A DNA stretch of 64,000 nucleotides from Gemmatimonadota bacterium (GCA_039586495.1 JBDHKG010000001.1:19355-83354); one strand, 5' to 3'. Numbered from the stretch's first letter, positions 19,027-29,123 are shown. The notes: generated by a model from the letters alone, not told the origin. Made by a program: numbers and translations.

Positions 19027-20628
19027 TCAGTTCGTGAGCGTTTCGCTCTCCCGGCGAACGCGATCCCAGATCCCGGCGCGGATACGTTCGACCTCGCGGC
19101 TGAAGCGCGGGTCCTCCCGGGCGCGGTCGAACAGAGCCGACTCGAGCACGCGCGGCTCGACACCGCTGGGTGAGAGGTCGTAGGCCCGCTCGACCCACTT
19201 AAGCGACTCGACAGGATCACCGATCCAGGCGTAGTAAGTCGCCAGGTCCTCGGCACGGATGACGTCGGTGAAGACCGTGTCGTGCAGTGTTCCGGCTTCC
19301 AGCCCCGCGACGAGGGAATCGACGATGGCCGTCGCCTCCGCCCCCCGACCCAGCTCGTACAGGCAGGTCGCGCGCAGACCGGCGTGCGGCCCGAGTTCCA
19401 TCCCGGCACAGCGCCCCGGTCCGCCGGCCAGGAGGTGGGCGCGCGCCTCGATCGCGCGTGGCAGCAGGAGGTCGGGTTCCAGCTCACCGGCCAGGTGCGC
19501 TTCCGCCGCCGCGAGATCGTACCGTCCGATGGCGAGGGCGTCGTAGGCCAGTGCCAGCCGGCGTCCGGCGTTTTGCGGATCCAGCGCGATCGCCTGCTCG
19601 CCGGACCGGAAGGCCGCCTCGACATCACCCCGCTGGCTCAGCACGCGGGCGCACCAGCTCAGCACGTCGGCGGCGCTGGGCTCCAGATCGATCGCGCGCC
19701 GGCAGTCGGAGGCGACCTGGGCCACGGGCGCGAAGGACCGGCTGGCCAGGTATCCACGTGCGGTGTAGCCGCCGGCGTGCTCCGGGTCGAGCCGGATGGC
19801 GCGGTTCGCCGCGGCCAGCGCCAAGGCAGCCGCGCGGTATTCATCGACCCCGATCTGGTAACGATAGGCGAGCGAGAGCGCGTAGACGTTCGATAGCCCG
19901 GCGTAGGCATCGGCGTAAGCCGAGTCCAGTGCCAGCGCCTCGCTGAACGCGGCCCGGGCACGGGCCAGGCCCGCCGCCGTGCGGCGGCCGAGTGAGGCCC
20001 GGCCGATCAGGTAGGCTTCGTGGCCGGGGCTGTAAGCGGTGGGCGGTGGCCGGGGCGGCACCGCGGTGAGCGGGATCGCGTCCACGTAGTCATCGACGAA
20101 CGCCTGGGCGAGGTTGGGCGCGGTTTCGAGCCGGTAGTCGGCGTTCCAGTCGTAGCGCCGGGTGGAGAGGAGCTCGCCTGTCGCGCCCTTCGAGACGCGC
20201 ATGTTTAGGCGCACTCCGTCCGCCGTCGCGTAGAGCGATCCGAGGACGAGCTTCTCGACACCCAGCGAGTCGGCCAGCTGTCCTGCGGTGAGCTCGAGCG
20301 CGACCAGCTGCTGAACCGAGTAGGGGTCGCTGACCTTGATGAGGCCCACCCTCTTGAGCCGCCCGACGATCTCGTCGGTGATACCCGCGCAGAGATGCAC
20401 CATGGCGGTATCGCCGGTGCGGTTCTCGATCGAGAGGACGGCGACCGAGTCGATGAAGCGGATATCCGCGAAGGCGGCGAGCGGGTCACCGCGGCGCCAG
20501 GGGTGCCAGACCGCCAGTACGATGCCTGCCAGGACGACCAGCACGGCGACGCGCACGGACCAGCGTGTGAACGCGCGGCGTTTGCGCTCGTCCGGAGACG
20601 GGCCCGGCTCGATGAGCGGCTCGGTCAT
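19027..20628 (-). CDS. membrane-anchored TPR-repeat protein (paralogue of 17242..19014)
   Basis: N-terminal TM (WSVRVAVLVVLAGIVLAVW). IRFIDSVAVLSIENRTGD is TolB_N-like. Multiple TPR-like LDP/LEP repeats follow. Confidence 0.6.
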   Translation of the reverse strand: MTEPLIEPGPSPDERKRRAFTRWSVRVAVLVVLAGIVLAVWHPWRRGDPLAAFADIRFIDSVAVLSIENRTGDTAMVHLCAGITDEIVGRLKRVGLIKVSDPYSVQQLVALELTAGQLADSLGVEKLVLGSLYATADGVRLNMRVSKGATGELLSTRRYDWNADYRLETAPNLAQAFVDDYVDAIPLTAVPPRPPPTAYSPGHEAYLIGRASLGRRTAAGLARARAAFSEALALDSAYADAYAGLSNVYALSLAYRYQIGVDEYRAAALALAAANRAIRLDPEHAGGYTARGYLASRSFAPVAQVASDCRRAIDLEPSAADVLSWCARVLSQRGDVEAAFRSGEQAIALDPQNAGRRLALAYDALAIGRYDLAAAEAHLAGELEPDLLLPRAIEARAHLLAGGPGRCAGMELGPHAGLRATCLYELGRGAEATAIVDSLVAGLEAGTLHDTVFTDVIRAEDLATYYAWIGDPVESLKWVERAYDLSPSGVEPRVLESALFDRAREDPRFSREVERIRAGIWDRVRRESETLTN

Positions 20629-20785
20629 CCTCTGTTGACTCGGGTGCGATCGACTGCAGGCGTATTAGCTCGGCTGGCTACAAGATGTAATCTCCGGGGG
20701 GCAGTGGCAATTCGCCCACGTCGAGGCAGTCCGCCGTCTCTGCTTCGGGGGCTGGAAGACCTCTAGGAGAGCGGCTCCGTCCGGC

Positions 20786-23209
20786 CTACTCCTCGCGCAG
20801 TGCGGTCACCGGGTCGAGGTGCAGGGCGCGCAACGCCGGCACGTAGCAGGAGATGAGCGCCGCGGCGGCCAGCACGAGCGCCACGCCCACATAGGTGAGC
20901 GGGTCGTTGGGCGCGATCCCGAACAACAGGCCGGTCAGCAGCCGGGAGAGCGCGAGTGCGCCGAGGATCCCGAGCCCGATCCCGAGCAGGGCAGGGCGCA
21001 TCCCCTGCCTGACCATCAAGCGGACGACGTTCTGATGGGTCGCACCGAGCGCGACGCGCACGCCGATCTCCGAGGTGCGCCGCGCCACCGAGTACGACTG
21101 CACGCCGTAGATGCCGGCCAGCGCCAGCATCAGCGCCACGCCCGCTAGGATGACCAGCAGCACCGTGTTGAATCGACGGTCGGCGACGGAGCCGTTTACG
21201 ATCTCGTCCATGGCGCGGATGTCGGAGAGCGGCAGGTTCGGATCGATATCGGCGAGCACGGTGCGCAGCGTCGGGACGATGGCCGTCGGGTCGCCCGAGG
21301 TGTGGAACACGAAGTGGACCGGCGACCAGCTGAGCCCGTAGTACGGGATGTAGACCGCCACGGTCGGGTCGGCGTCGAGGCCGCGCTCGCGCATGCTCCC
21401 CACCACGCCGATGACCTCGGCGGCGACGTCGCCCTGGCCACGCCAGAGGATGGCCTGTCGGCCCAGCGCGTCCTCGCCGGGCCAGAGCAGCTCGGCCAGC
21501 CGCTGGCTGATGATGACGCGCGGCGGAGTGCCGGCCGGGTCGGCCATGTTGACCACGTCCCGCTCGTCGAAGGTCCTGCCCCTGAGAAGCGGTATGCCCA
21601 TGGTGCGGAAGTACTCACCCGTGACCAGCCGCCAGAGCGCCCACGGTACACCCTCGTCCGGGTCCGGCTGGCCGGCGGGGATGATGCCGAGCCCGGTGCT
21701 AGCACCGACGATGGGCGGCGCGCTGATGCCGGCGGCGGCGCGCACCTGCGGGATCGCGCTCACGCGGCCAAGAAAGTCCAGGAGGAGCTGCCGGGTTGCC
21801 TCGCCGTCGTAGGTGTCGGGTAGGTTCACCGCGACGACCAGGCGGTTCTCGGTCCGGAATCCGCGCTCGACGTGCGAGAGCGCGTAGAAGCTGCGGATCA
21901 GCAGGCCCGCGCCGACCAGCAGCATCAGCGACAGGGCGACCTCGGCGGCGACCAGCCCGCTGCGCAGCCGCTTCTGCGCGCGGCCCCCGGCCACGCCGCG
22001 ATCACCCGCGCCTAGCGCGGCGATGATATCAGAGCGCGGGGCCTGGAGCGCCGGCAGCAGCCCGGCGATCACGGCCGCGAAGACGCCCACAAGCAGCGTG
22101 AAGCCGAGCACCCAGGGATTGATGCCGACTTCCGCCAGCCTCGGGATGCCGCCCGGATCGACGGCTCGCACGGTGTGTAGCGCGGCCAGCGCCAGCAGTA
22201 GGCCGAGGGCCGCGCCGATGAGACCGAGCAGCAGCGACTCCGTGAGCAGCTGGCCGGCGACCCGGCCGCGACTGGCGCCGAGCGCCGTACGCACGGCCGT
22301 CTCGCGGCCGCGCGCCGTCGCCTTGGCCATCAGCAGGTTGGCCAGGTTGACGCAGGCGATCATGAGCAGGAAGCCGACGGCACCGAACAGGACCCAGAGT
22401 GAGCGGCGCAGCTCGTCGCTGGCCACCCAGTCGCTGGCTGGCGCCATCGTAATGCCCATCCCGGCGTTGGCATCGGGATAGAGTTCCGCCAGCCGGGCGG
22501 CGACCGACTCCAGGTCGGCGTGGGCTGCCTCCAGCGAGACACCCGGCGCGACGCGGCCGATCACGTACAGCTCGAAGCTGACCCGATTGGCCTCCGGGAT
22601 GCGGACGAAGGGCACGAAGATGTCCCTGTAGTTCAGCCAGGGCCGGCCGGCCGGCAGCACGCCGACGACCGTGTAGCTCTCGCCGTTCAGCGTGAGCGAC
22701 GTGCCGACGATCGCCGAGTCGGCACCGAACCGGGTGCGCCACAGCTCGTTGCCCAGCAGCACGACCCGGTTCTCCGCGCCCGGGTCGCTCTCGTCGGGCA
22801 GCAGGGTGCGCCCGAGCACGGGCTGTACGCCCAGGACGCGGAAGAACCCGGCGGAGACGCGGCCTACGCTCAGCTGTTCCGGGTACTCGAACCCGGTGAG
22901 GTTCATGTTCGTCCATAGGAAGGCGCCGATGTCCTCGAACGTCCGGTTCATCTCGCGGACGTCCCAGAAGTTGGCGTGGGTGAACGAGGCGCGGTTCCAC
23001 CCGGTCTTGGCCCGCGACTCCCAGATCTGGACCAGCCGCTCCGGCTCCCGGAAGGGGAGCGGCCGGAGCAGGACGGTGTGCACGACGCTGAAGATGGCCG
23101 TGTTGGCGCCGATACCGAGGGCGAGCGTGACGAGTGCGACCGCCGTGAAGGCCGGATGCTTGCGGAGCACGCGCAGCGCGTAACGGACGTCCTGGAGCAT
23201 TGTCTGCAT
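20786..23209 (-). CDS. ADOP-family (MacB/FtsX-like) ABC transporter permease
   Basis: 807 aa. MQTMLQDVRYALRVLRKHPAFTAVALVTLALGIGANTAIFSVV. Two FtsX modules. Confidence 0.85.
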   Translation of the reverse strand: MQTMLQDVRYALRVLRKHPAFTAVALVTLALGIGANTAIFSVVHTVLLRPLPFREPERLVQIWESRAKTGWNRASFTHANFWDVREMNRTFEDIGAFLWTNMNLTGFEYPEQLSVGRVSAGFFRVLGVQPVLGRTLLPDESDPGAENRVVLLGNELWRTRFGADSAIVGTSLTLNGESYTVVGVLPAGRPWLNYRDIFVPFVRIPEANRVSFELYVIGRVAPGVSLEAAHADLESVAARLAELYPDANAGMGITMAPASDWVASDELRRSLWVLFGAVGFLLMIACVNLANLLMAKATARGRETAVRTALGASRGRVAGQLLTESLLLGLIGAALGLLLALAALHTVRAVDPGGIPRLAEVGINPWVLGFTLLVGVFAAVIAGLLPALQAPRSDIIAALGAGDRGVAGGRAQKRLRSGLVAAEVALSLMLLVGAGLLIRSFYALSHVERGFRTENRLVVAVNLPDTYDGEATRQLLLDFLGRVSAIPQVRAAAGISAPPIVGASTGLGIIPAGQPDPDEGVPWALWRLVTGEYFRTMGIPLLRGRTFDERDVVNMADPAGTPPRVIISQRLAELLWPGEDALGRQAILWRGQGDVAAEVIGVVGSMRERGLDADPTVAVYIPYYGLSWSPVHFVFHTSGDPTAIVPTLRTVLADIDPNLPLSDIRAMDEIVNGSVADRRFNTVLLVILAGVALMLALAGIYGVQSYSVARRTSEIGVRVALGATHQNVVRLMVRQGMRPALLGIGLGILGALALSRLLTGLLFGIAPNDPLTYVGVALVLAAAALISCYVPALRALHLDPVTALREE

Positions 23210-23377
23210 GAGTCACCCCCCGGGGGAACCCTACGCGGATCTGTCCTCCGTAGATTCAGATGAGCAGACGCTGCAGATGGTTGCAACGTGCCGCCTGCGG
23301 TATAGGCGGCAGCGGGCACCTGCGGAGGCGGCCTCCCTTGCCACAACGTCAGGCCCCCGTGCGGGTTAGACTCACAA

Positions 23378-23905
23378 TTGTGCTGGCGTCGGCGAACGGC
23401 GCTTGCCTATAGCCGGGTGTCCAGACAGAGAGCGATCGATCCCATGTCTATGAGCGGAAGTAACCGTGTGTTTGGCTTCAGCACCCGCAGGCACCGCTGC
23501 GAGCCGAGATGCTCAGCGGGCGGACCCCGGGTGTTACGGCCCCTCGCCACGCTCGCCGCTGCGTGTCTGCTGTTCGCCGCGTCGGCCTGGGTGCAGTTCA
23601 CGCCCTTCGAGGCCGCGATCGCCGAGTTCGATGCCGAGGTCGCGAGGGGCGTCGCCGAGGATGCCGCAGGTTGCGTCTCGATCGCCGTGTTCATTGGAGA
23701 TGAAGTGGTCTGGGCGAAGGGCTACGGCTGGGCCGACATCGAAAACAGGGTCGCCTGCAGCGAGGAGACGATCGGCCGGACCGGCTCGATCTCGAAGTCG
23801 TTCACTGCGGTGCTGATGCGCGAGCATGGGATAAGGCGGATCTACACCCGGGACACCGATTTCCACCGCTTCCCCTTCCTCGAACCGATCGATCCCGCGG
23901 CCTGA
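23378..23905 (+). pseudogene. truncated beta-lactamase/PBP-family serine hydrolase N-terminal fragment
   Basis: Signal-like LATLAAACLLFAASAWV, then CVSIAVFIGDEVVWAKGYGWADIENRVACSEETIGRTGSISKSFTAVLM (SxxK motif). The ORF stops after ~175 aa with no downstream continuation in any frame. Full-length family members are >350 aa. Confidence 0.45.
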
Positions 23906-24158
23906 ACCCTCGGCTGGGGGCGCACCGGGCCCGCTCCGTCCCGACAACGTTGCTTTCAGTTACTTCATCCAGGGAGGCGGCACGGTCCTGGCGGTCGTCA
24001 CGCCCGCGCCTGAGGCCGCTTGCGTTGCATCCCTGGGGTCGAGGCAAAGGGAGAGGCACCGGTTGACGGGACGTGGGTGTGTCCGCCACCATGAGGGCAC
24101 ACACGGATATCCGATGCACGCCCCAGCCGAGACGGTCGTCCAGGGAAGGAGGGACCCC

Positions 24159-25673
24159 ATGTCCTGGTTCACACGCCGTGACTTCGTCAAGCTCTCGGGC
24201 GCCGGGCTGGCCGGCGCGACGGTGATCGGGCCGCGGGAGGTCTGGCCCGACGAGGCGGTTATGGCCCGGGCGGAAGCCCGGAGCGACAGCTTCGTGCTGT
24301 TGCGGGAAGAGCAGCGGAGACGCAAGGCGGAGCTACCGGAGCCCGCCGACTTCCACCGGCTGCCGCCGGAGTGGTACGTCAACAAGGCGCGCGCCCTCAA
24401 AGAAGAGGCACGGCGGCGCGGCGTCGACGGCGGCCTCTTTCTCACCCACCGCTGGAACATCGTCTACGTCGCCGGCTACTTCCACAGCACCACGGAGCGG
24501 CCCTACGGCTGCTTCCTGCCGATGGACCGGGACGCGGTGGTCTGGCTCTACCCTTACCTGGACGAGACGTTGGTGCAGGGCTGGGGCGAGGCGGAGGCTT
24601 ACTACTTCGACTGGCATCACGCCGCCGGCGGCTTCCCCAACCGGGAAGAGGTCGTGCAGGGCCCGACGGTGAACGTCTATCGCTGGTGGGGCGAGACGCT
24701 GGCCCGGCTCGGCTACGGCGACAAGACGATCGGGATCGACAGCGGTTCGCTGGCCGAGATCGGCATCCTGCCCGGCCAGGAGAACGCCGAGCGGCTGAAC
24801 ATGTTCGGCGAGATCGAGGTGCCGAAGCCGAAGCGGCCGGAGGGCGGACCGTTCGGCATGATGGCGCAGGCGATGCCGCAGGCGCAGTTCGTCGACATCT
24901 ACGACATCCTGATCCGCCACCGAATCGTCAAGGACGAGGTGGAGACCAGCCTCGCCCAGCGCGCCATGGACTACTTCTCGGAGCTCCATGCCTTCGCGCG
25001 CAACTACCTGCTGGAGCGCGGACTGGGCACCACCGACTGGGAGGTCGCCAACGCGGCGGTCCTCTGGGGGATGCACCGGCTGATGCAGGACATCCCGCAG
25101 CGCGGCGAGCCGCACGACGCGGTCGGGATCTCGGTGGGGATCGGCTGCCGCACCGGGCGGGCCACGGCCTACCCGCACCCGAACCAGCAGTACTGGGCGA
25201 AGATCGAGCCGGGCCACGCGATGCAGATCGCCGGCGGCGTGCGCATCGGCGGCTACGGCGGAGAGCAGTACCGCTCGTTCCTGATCGCGCCGTGGACCGA
25301 CTGGCAGGAGCACGTCTGGGACGTGCAGAACCGGTCCTACGAGATCCAGGCGGAGCAGTGCTACGCTGGTAACACCTGCTCGAACGTGGCGAAGGCGGTG
25401 CACGACTACCAGGTCGCGAACCGCTGCGCCCACCTCATCTACCACCGGCCGGGCCACGGCGAGGGGATGGAGGGTCACCAGCCGCCATATCACGCGCTGG
25501 GTGATTACACGGTGATGCGCGCGGGGATGCACTTCTCCAACGAGCCGGGGCTCTACGACCCGGAGAACGGGTTCGGGTTCAACCACTCGAACAACATCCT
25601 GGTCGCGGAGCGTAAGGGGCTGCAGATGGGGACGGCCCCGGCGAGCAGGGAGTGGTGCCTGCTGGAGCTGTGA
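24159..25673 (+). CDS. Tat-exported M24-family metallopeptidase (Xaa-Pro aminopeptidase/creatinase-like)
   Basis: Met 24159 follows GGAAGGAGGGA. Twin-arginine signal MSWFTRRDFVKLSGAGLAGATVIG. Pita-bread metal ligands HRPGHGEGMEGHQ and FSNEPGLY. Confidence 0.7.
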   Translation: MSWFTRRDFVKLSGAGLAGATVIGPREVWPDEAVMARAEARSDSFVLLREEQRRRKAELPEPADFHRLPPEWYVNKARALKEEARRRGVDGGLFLTHRWNIVYVAGYFHSTTERPYGCFLPMDRDAVVWLYPYLDETLVQGWGEAEAYYFDWHHAAGGFPNREEVVQGPTVNVYRWWGETLARLGYGDKTIGIDSGSLAEIGILPGQENAERLNMFGEIEVPKPKRPEGGPFGMMAQAMPQAQFVDIYDILIRHRIVKDEVETSLAQRAMDYFSELHAFARNYLLERGLGTTDWEVANAAVLWGMHRLMQDIPQRGEPHDAVGISVGIGCRTGRATAYPHPNQQYWAKIEPGHAMQIAGGVRIGGYGGEQYRSFLIAPWTDWQEHVWDVQNRSYEIQAEQCYAGNTCSNVAKAVHDYQVANRCAHLIYHRPGHGEGMEGHQPPYHALGDYTVMRAGMHFSNEPGLYDPENGFGFNHSNNILVAERKGLQMGTAPASREWCLLEL

Positions 25674-25724
25674 GGGGCTCGGATATAGAAGCGTTCGAGG
25701 TCCGGCCGTAGGAGGAAAGCGCTC

Positions 25725-27296
25725 ATGATCTCGGTGACCGTGTACGGCGGCGCGGCTGGCGACGAGGCTACCGGCGAGATCGGCGGCAACAAGATCCTGA
25801 TCGAGTGGGACGGCCGGGCGTACTTCCTCGATTTCGGCAAGCGCTTCTCGGTCTCCGCGAAGTTCTTCGAGGAGTTCCTGCAGCCGCGCAACGCCGTAGG
25901 TCTGCGGGACTATCTCCGCATGGGCCTCTTGCCGCCGCTCGAGGGGGTCTATCGCGATGACCTGACGGCGCACGAGCCCGATCTTTGGGAGTCGTATCGA
26001 AGCCATCCTCACTACCGTCGCCTCGAGAAGCTGGATGGCGTCCTGCTCTCCCATGCCCACGCCGATCACAACGGCGATCTCGGCTTCCTGAGACCGGATA
26101 TCCCCGTGTACACGGGCTTGATGACCTGTGTGATCGGGAAGGGCGTCCAGGACACCCGATCGGGCGGGCCGGACGCCGAGTTCTGCTACATCGCGCCGCG
26201 CAGGCGCACGGGTGACGGCGCGATCGAGAGCATCAGGAACGTGCCCAAGGTCGAGCGAGCCCATATCATTTGCGATCCCGCCGAGGACTACGCGGAGCCG
26301 GTCGAGCGGCTGGAGCGGTTCTGGTGCGACGTGCCCAGCACTCGAACCGAGCTCGACGAGGTGCCCCTCAGGTTCGCGGATCTCGCAGGGATGGGGATCC
26401 GCTTCTTCCGGGTTGACCACTCGATCCCGGGCTCGGCCGCCTTCGCGCTGGAGACGCCCATCGGCTGGGTCGTGTACAGCGGCGACCTGCGGCGCCACGG
26501 CCACTCGAAGTGGCGGACGGAGAAGTTCGCCGAGGAAGCGGCCGTGCTGAAGCCGGCCGTGCTGATTGTGGAGGGCACGTCGCTGCGGCCGCAGCCCGCG
26601 CTCGAGGAGTCAGCGGTTCAGAAGGCGGCGGCTGAGGTCGTGGAGAGCGAGGCGGGTCTCGTGATTGCCGACTTCTCGCCGCGTAACATCGAGCGGCTAC
26701 GCACCTTCCACGATATCGCCGAGGAGCAGGGTCGCCGCCTCGTGGTCACGACGCGCGACGCGTACCTGCTCGAGCACATGCGGGTGGTGGACCCCGACAT
26801 CCCGCGTCCGGATTCCGACGTCATCGCTATCCTGAAGGAGCCGTCGGCCCAGCGGAACATCTGGGAGCGCGAGCTACTCGTCCGCTTCGCCGGGAACGTG
26901 GTGGAAGCTCCGGCGATCCGCTCGGAGCCCGGTGCCTACATCCTCTGCATCTCGTTCTGGGACATCACCAACCTGGTGGACCTGGAGCCGCAACGCGGCA
27001 CCTACATCTATTCGTCCTCCGAGGCCCACAGCGAGGAACAGGAATTCGACCACGGGCGGCTGCAGGCGTGGCTGGACTACTTCGGTCTGAAGGCTGTAGG
27101 CGGTCTGCCTGGCGCGGAGAAGGGTCCGTATCACGCCTCCGGCCACATCGATGGGCCGGGCATGGAGTGGCTGATCGAGACGATCGACCCCGAGAGGATC
27201 GTCCCGGTGCACACTCAGCAGCTCGCCTGGTTCGAAGAGCGCTGGCCGGAGCGGATCGTTCAAGCCGAGTATGCCGTCCCCGTGGAGCTGGGTTGA
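25725..27296 (+). CDS. MBL-fold metallo-hydrolase, RNase J / beta-CASP-like
   Basis: RBS GGAGGA. HxHxDH motif LLSHAHADHNGD. The N-terminal architecture (IEWDGRAYFLDFGKRF ... PVYTG) is similar to RNase J. Confidence 0.6.
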   Translation: MISVTVYGGAAGDEATGEIGGNKILIEWDGRAYFLDFGKRFSVSAKFFEEFLQPRNAVGLRDYLRMGLLPPLEGVYRDDLTAHEPDLWESYRSHPHYRRLEKLDGVLLSHAHADHNGDLGFLRPDIPVYTGLMTCVIGKGVQDTRSGGPDAEFCYIAPRRRTGDGAIESIRNVPKVERAHIICDPAEDYAEPVERLERFWCDVPSTRTELDEVPLRFADLAGMGIRFFRVDHSIPGSAAFALETPIGWVVYSGDLRRHGHSKWRTEKFAEEAAVLKPAVLIVEGTSLRPQPALEESAVQKAAAEVVESEAGLVIADFSPRNIERLRTFHDIAEEQGRRLVVTTRDAYLLEHMRVVDPDIPRPDSDVIAILKEPSAQRNIWERELLVRFAGNVVEAPAIRSEPGAYILCISFWDITNLVDLEPQRGTYIYSSSEAHSEEQEFDHGRLQAWLDYFGLKAVGGLPGAEKGPYHASGHIDGPGMEWLIETIDPERIVPVHTQQLAWFEERWPERIVQAEYAVPVELG

Positions 27297-27391
27297 GATG
27301 GTTGTAGGTGCCGGAGAGCGCCGGCGAGGAGATCGTGTTCGAGGTTGACGCGGACGGTGAGGTCATCCGCGTCTGGCGGCAGGGGGCCGCC

Positions 27392-27487
27392 TCATGCCGC
27401 GCTGACGAGCGCCACTATCATCGCCAGGGCGGCGATGAAGATCTCCAGCGCTGTGAAGGACTTGCGGTGCCAGAGGCCCGGGAACAT
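27392..27487 (-). CDS. candidate 31-aa hydrophobic small protein (unannotated sORF)
   Basis: On the minus strand: AAGGAGGTAGAGAGTC-ATG, then MFPGLWHRKSFTALEIFIAALAMIVALVSAA, then TGA. A strong SD at 7-nt spacing. The single predicted TM helix sits in the 560-nt gap between the MBL and MscS genes. Confidence 0.35.
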   Translation of the reverse strand: MFPGLWHRKSFTALEIFIAALAMIVALVSAA

Positions 27488-27856
27488 GACTCTCTACCTC
27501 CTTTTCCACCCGGCCCAGCTCGAACTGCCCTAGAATGGCTTCTGCACATGCTACAAGCACGGGGCGTGCCAGCGCGGCGCTCCCCGGGGATCCCTTATGC
27601 TGCAAGGCTTTCTGTCGGGTTCGCTGCTGGGCCTGGGGGCTCGGGAGTGTTCGGTTTCGACACGCGGCCGTCCGCAATTGGAACGGCTGAGTCGTTCGAA
27701 ACCTGGAGGGGGACCGGCAGTGGCGCTGGAGAGGAGCTTGGGAGGAGGGCGTGGACAGGCGCCGAAGGCTCGGGTTGCCCTCACGGTGATCGTCGCGCAG
27801 ACTTGCTGAGTGCGCCCATCACAAACCGCTATGCGCTCGCGAGAAGGTAAAGGCTG

Positions 27857-28927
27857 ATGGAGTTTCTGGGCTGGACTTATCTGGGTAACACGGTGCAGAC
27901 GTGGATCGTGGCCGTGGCAGTGGCGCTCGTCGTTCTCGTCGCCCTGAGGCTGTTTCAGGGCATCGTCGCGCGCAGGCTGAGCGCGCGCGCCGAGCGCACC
28001 AGGATCGACCTCGACGATCTGGCCGCGGAGCTGGTTCGCAAAACCCGCTTCTTCTTCCCGCTCATCGTCGCGCTCTACGCCGGAGTGCAGCCTCTGGCGC
28101 TGCCGCCCACCGGGGACAGGGTGTTCCGGGCGGTGGTGGTTATCGGGCTGCTGCTGCAGGCGGCGCTCTGGGGGAACACGGTGATCTCCTTCTGGATCAC
28201 GCGCTACATGCAGAAGCGGATGGAAGAAGACGCGGCGGCAGCGACGAGCATCGGCGCGTTGCGCTTCGTCGGCAAGCTGCTGCTCTGGACCGTCATTCTT
28301 CTCCTCGCTCTGGACAACCTCGGCGTGGACGTAACAGCGCTAGTGACCGGGCTGGGTATCGGCGGTCTGGCCGTGGCGTTGGCGCTCCAGAACGTCCTCA
28401 GCGACCTCTTCGCGTCGCTCTCGATCGTGCTCGACAAACCGTTCGTGATCGGCGACTTCATCATCGTGGGCGAGTTTCTCGGCACCGTGGAGCACATCGG
28501 GCTCAAGACCACGCGGGTGCGGAGTCTTTCAGGCGAGCAGCTCGTCCTCTCCAACTCGGACCTCTTGAACAGCCGCATTCGGAACTACAAGCGGATGGCG
28601 CAGCGGCGCATCGTCTTCTCGTTCGGCGTCGTCTATGAGACGCCGGCCGACAAACTGGCGGCGGTCCCCGGGATGGTGCAGGAGATCATCGAGTCGCTGG
28701 AGAACACGCAGTTCGATCGGGCCCACTTCAAGGCATACGGCGATTTCTCGCTGGACTTCGAGGTCGTCTACTACGTGTTGGTGCCCGAGTACAACACCTA
28801 CATGGACATCCAGCAGGCCATCAACCTCGAGCTCCACCGCCGGTTCGAGCAGGAGGGGATCGAGTTCGCCTATCCGACGCAGACCCTCTTCGTGCGGGCG
28901 GAGGGAGACCAGTCGGTCGCGTCGTGA
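27857..28927 (+). CDS. mechanosensitive ion channel, MscS family
   Basis: Three N-terminal TMs. The conserved MscS pore-helix/beta-domain region is GLGIGGLAVALALQNVLSDLFASLSIVLDKPFVIGDFI...GTVEHIGLKTTRVRSLSGEQLVLSNSDL. Confidence 0.85.
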   Translation: MEFLGWTYLGNTVQTWIVAVAVALVVLVALRLFQGIVARRLSARAERTRIDLDDLAAELVRKTRFFFPLIVALYAGVQPLALPPTGDRVFRAVVVIGLLLQAALWGNTVISFWITRYMQKRMEEDAAAATSIGALRFVGKLLLWTVILLLALDNLGVDVTALVTGLGIGGLAVALALQNVLSDLFASLSIVLDKPFVIGDFIIVGEFLGTVEHIGLKTTRVRSLSGEQLVLSNSDLLNSRIRNYKRMAQRRIVFSFGVVYETPADKLAAVPGMVQEIIESLENTQFDRAHFKAYGDFSLDFEVVYYVLVPEYNTYMDIQQAINLELHRRFEQEGIEFAYPTQTLFVRAEGDQSVAS

Positions 28928-28957
28928 ACGACTCGGTGCGTTCACACAGAGGGAGCT

Positions 28958-29002
28958 TGACGAGGGGGGTGCGGGAGTGCTACTCTGGTAGCATCATGCT
29001 AC
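28958..29002 (+). promoter_or_regulatory. sigma70-like promoter (TTGACG-N18-TACTCT) followed by perfect palindrome GTAGCAT-c-ATGCTAC (28988..29002)
   Basis: Seen directly. Lies ~120 nt upstream of the first of two tandem ADOP permease genes. The palindrome sits at the predicted TSS and is followed by a direct repeat of TAGCAT. Confidence 0.4.
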
Positions 29003-29123
29003 TCAGTTAGCATACGCGCGTTGGATGCGATCCAGGCGTCCAACAGGGTGTGAAACATACGCCGGTGGGGTGGGCGTAGTGTGAGCTGGAGCCCCAACCT
29101 CCGCTGCCCCTTTGGGAGACCTG

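Noticed and set aside
27308-27850. 180-aa ORF in the MBL-mscS gap
   Set aside because: No RBS and a Gly/Arg-rich composition. No domain is recognised. The gap is better explained by the small peptide ORF and a structured element.
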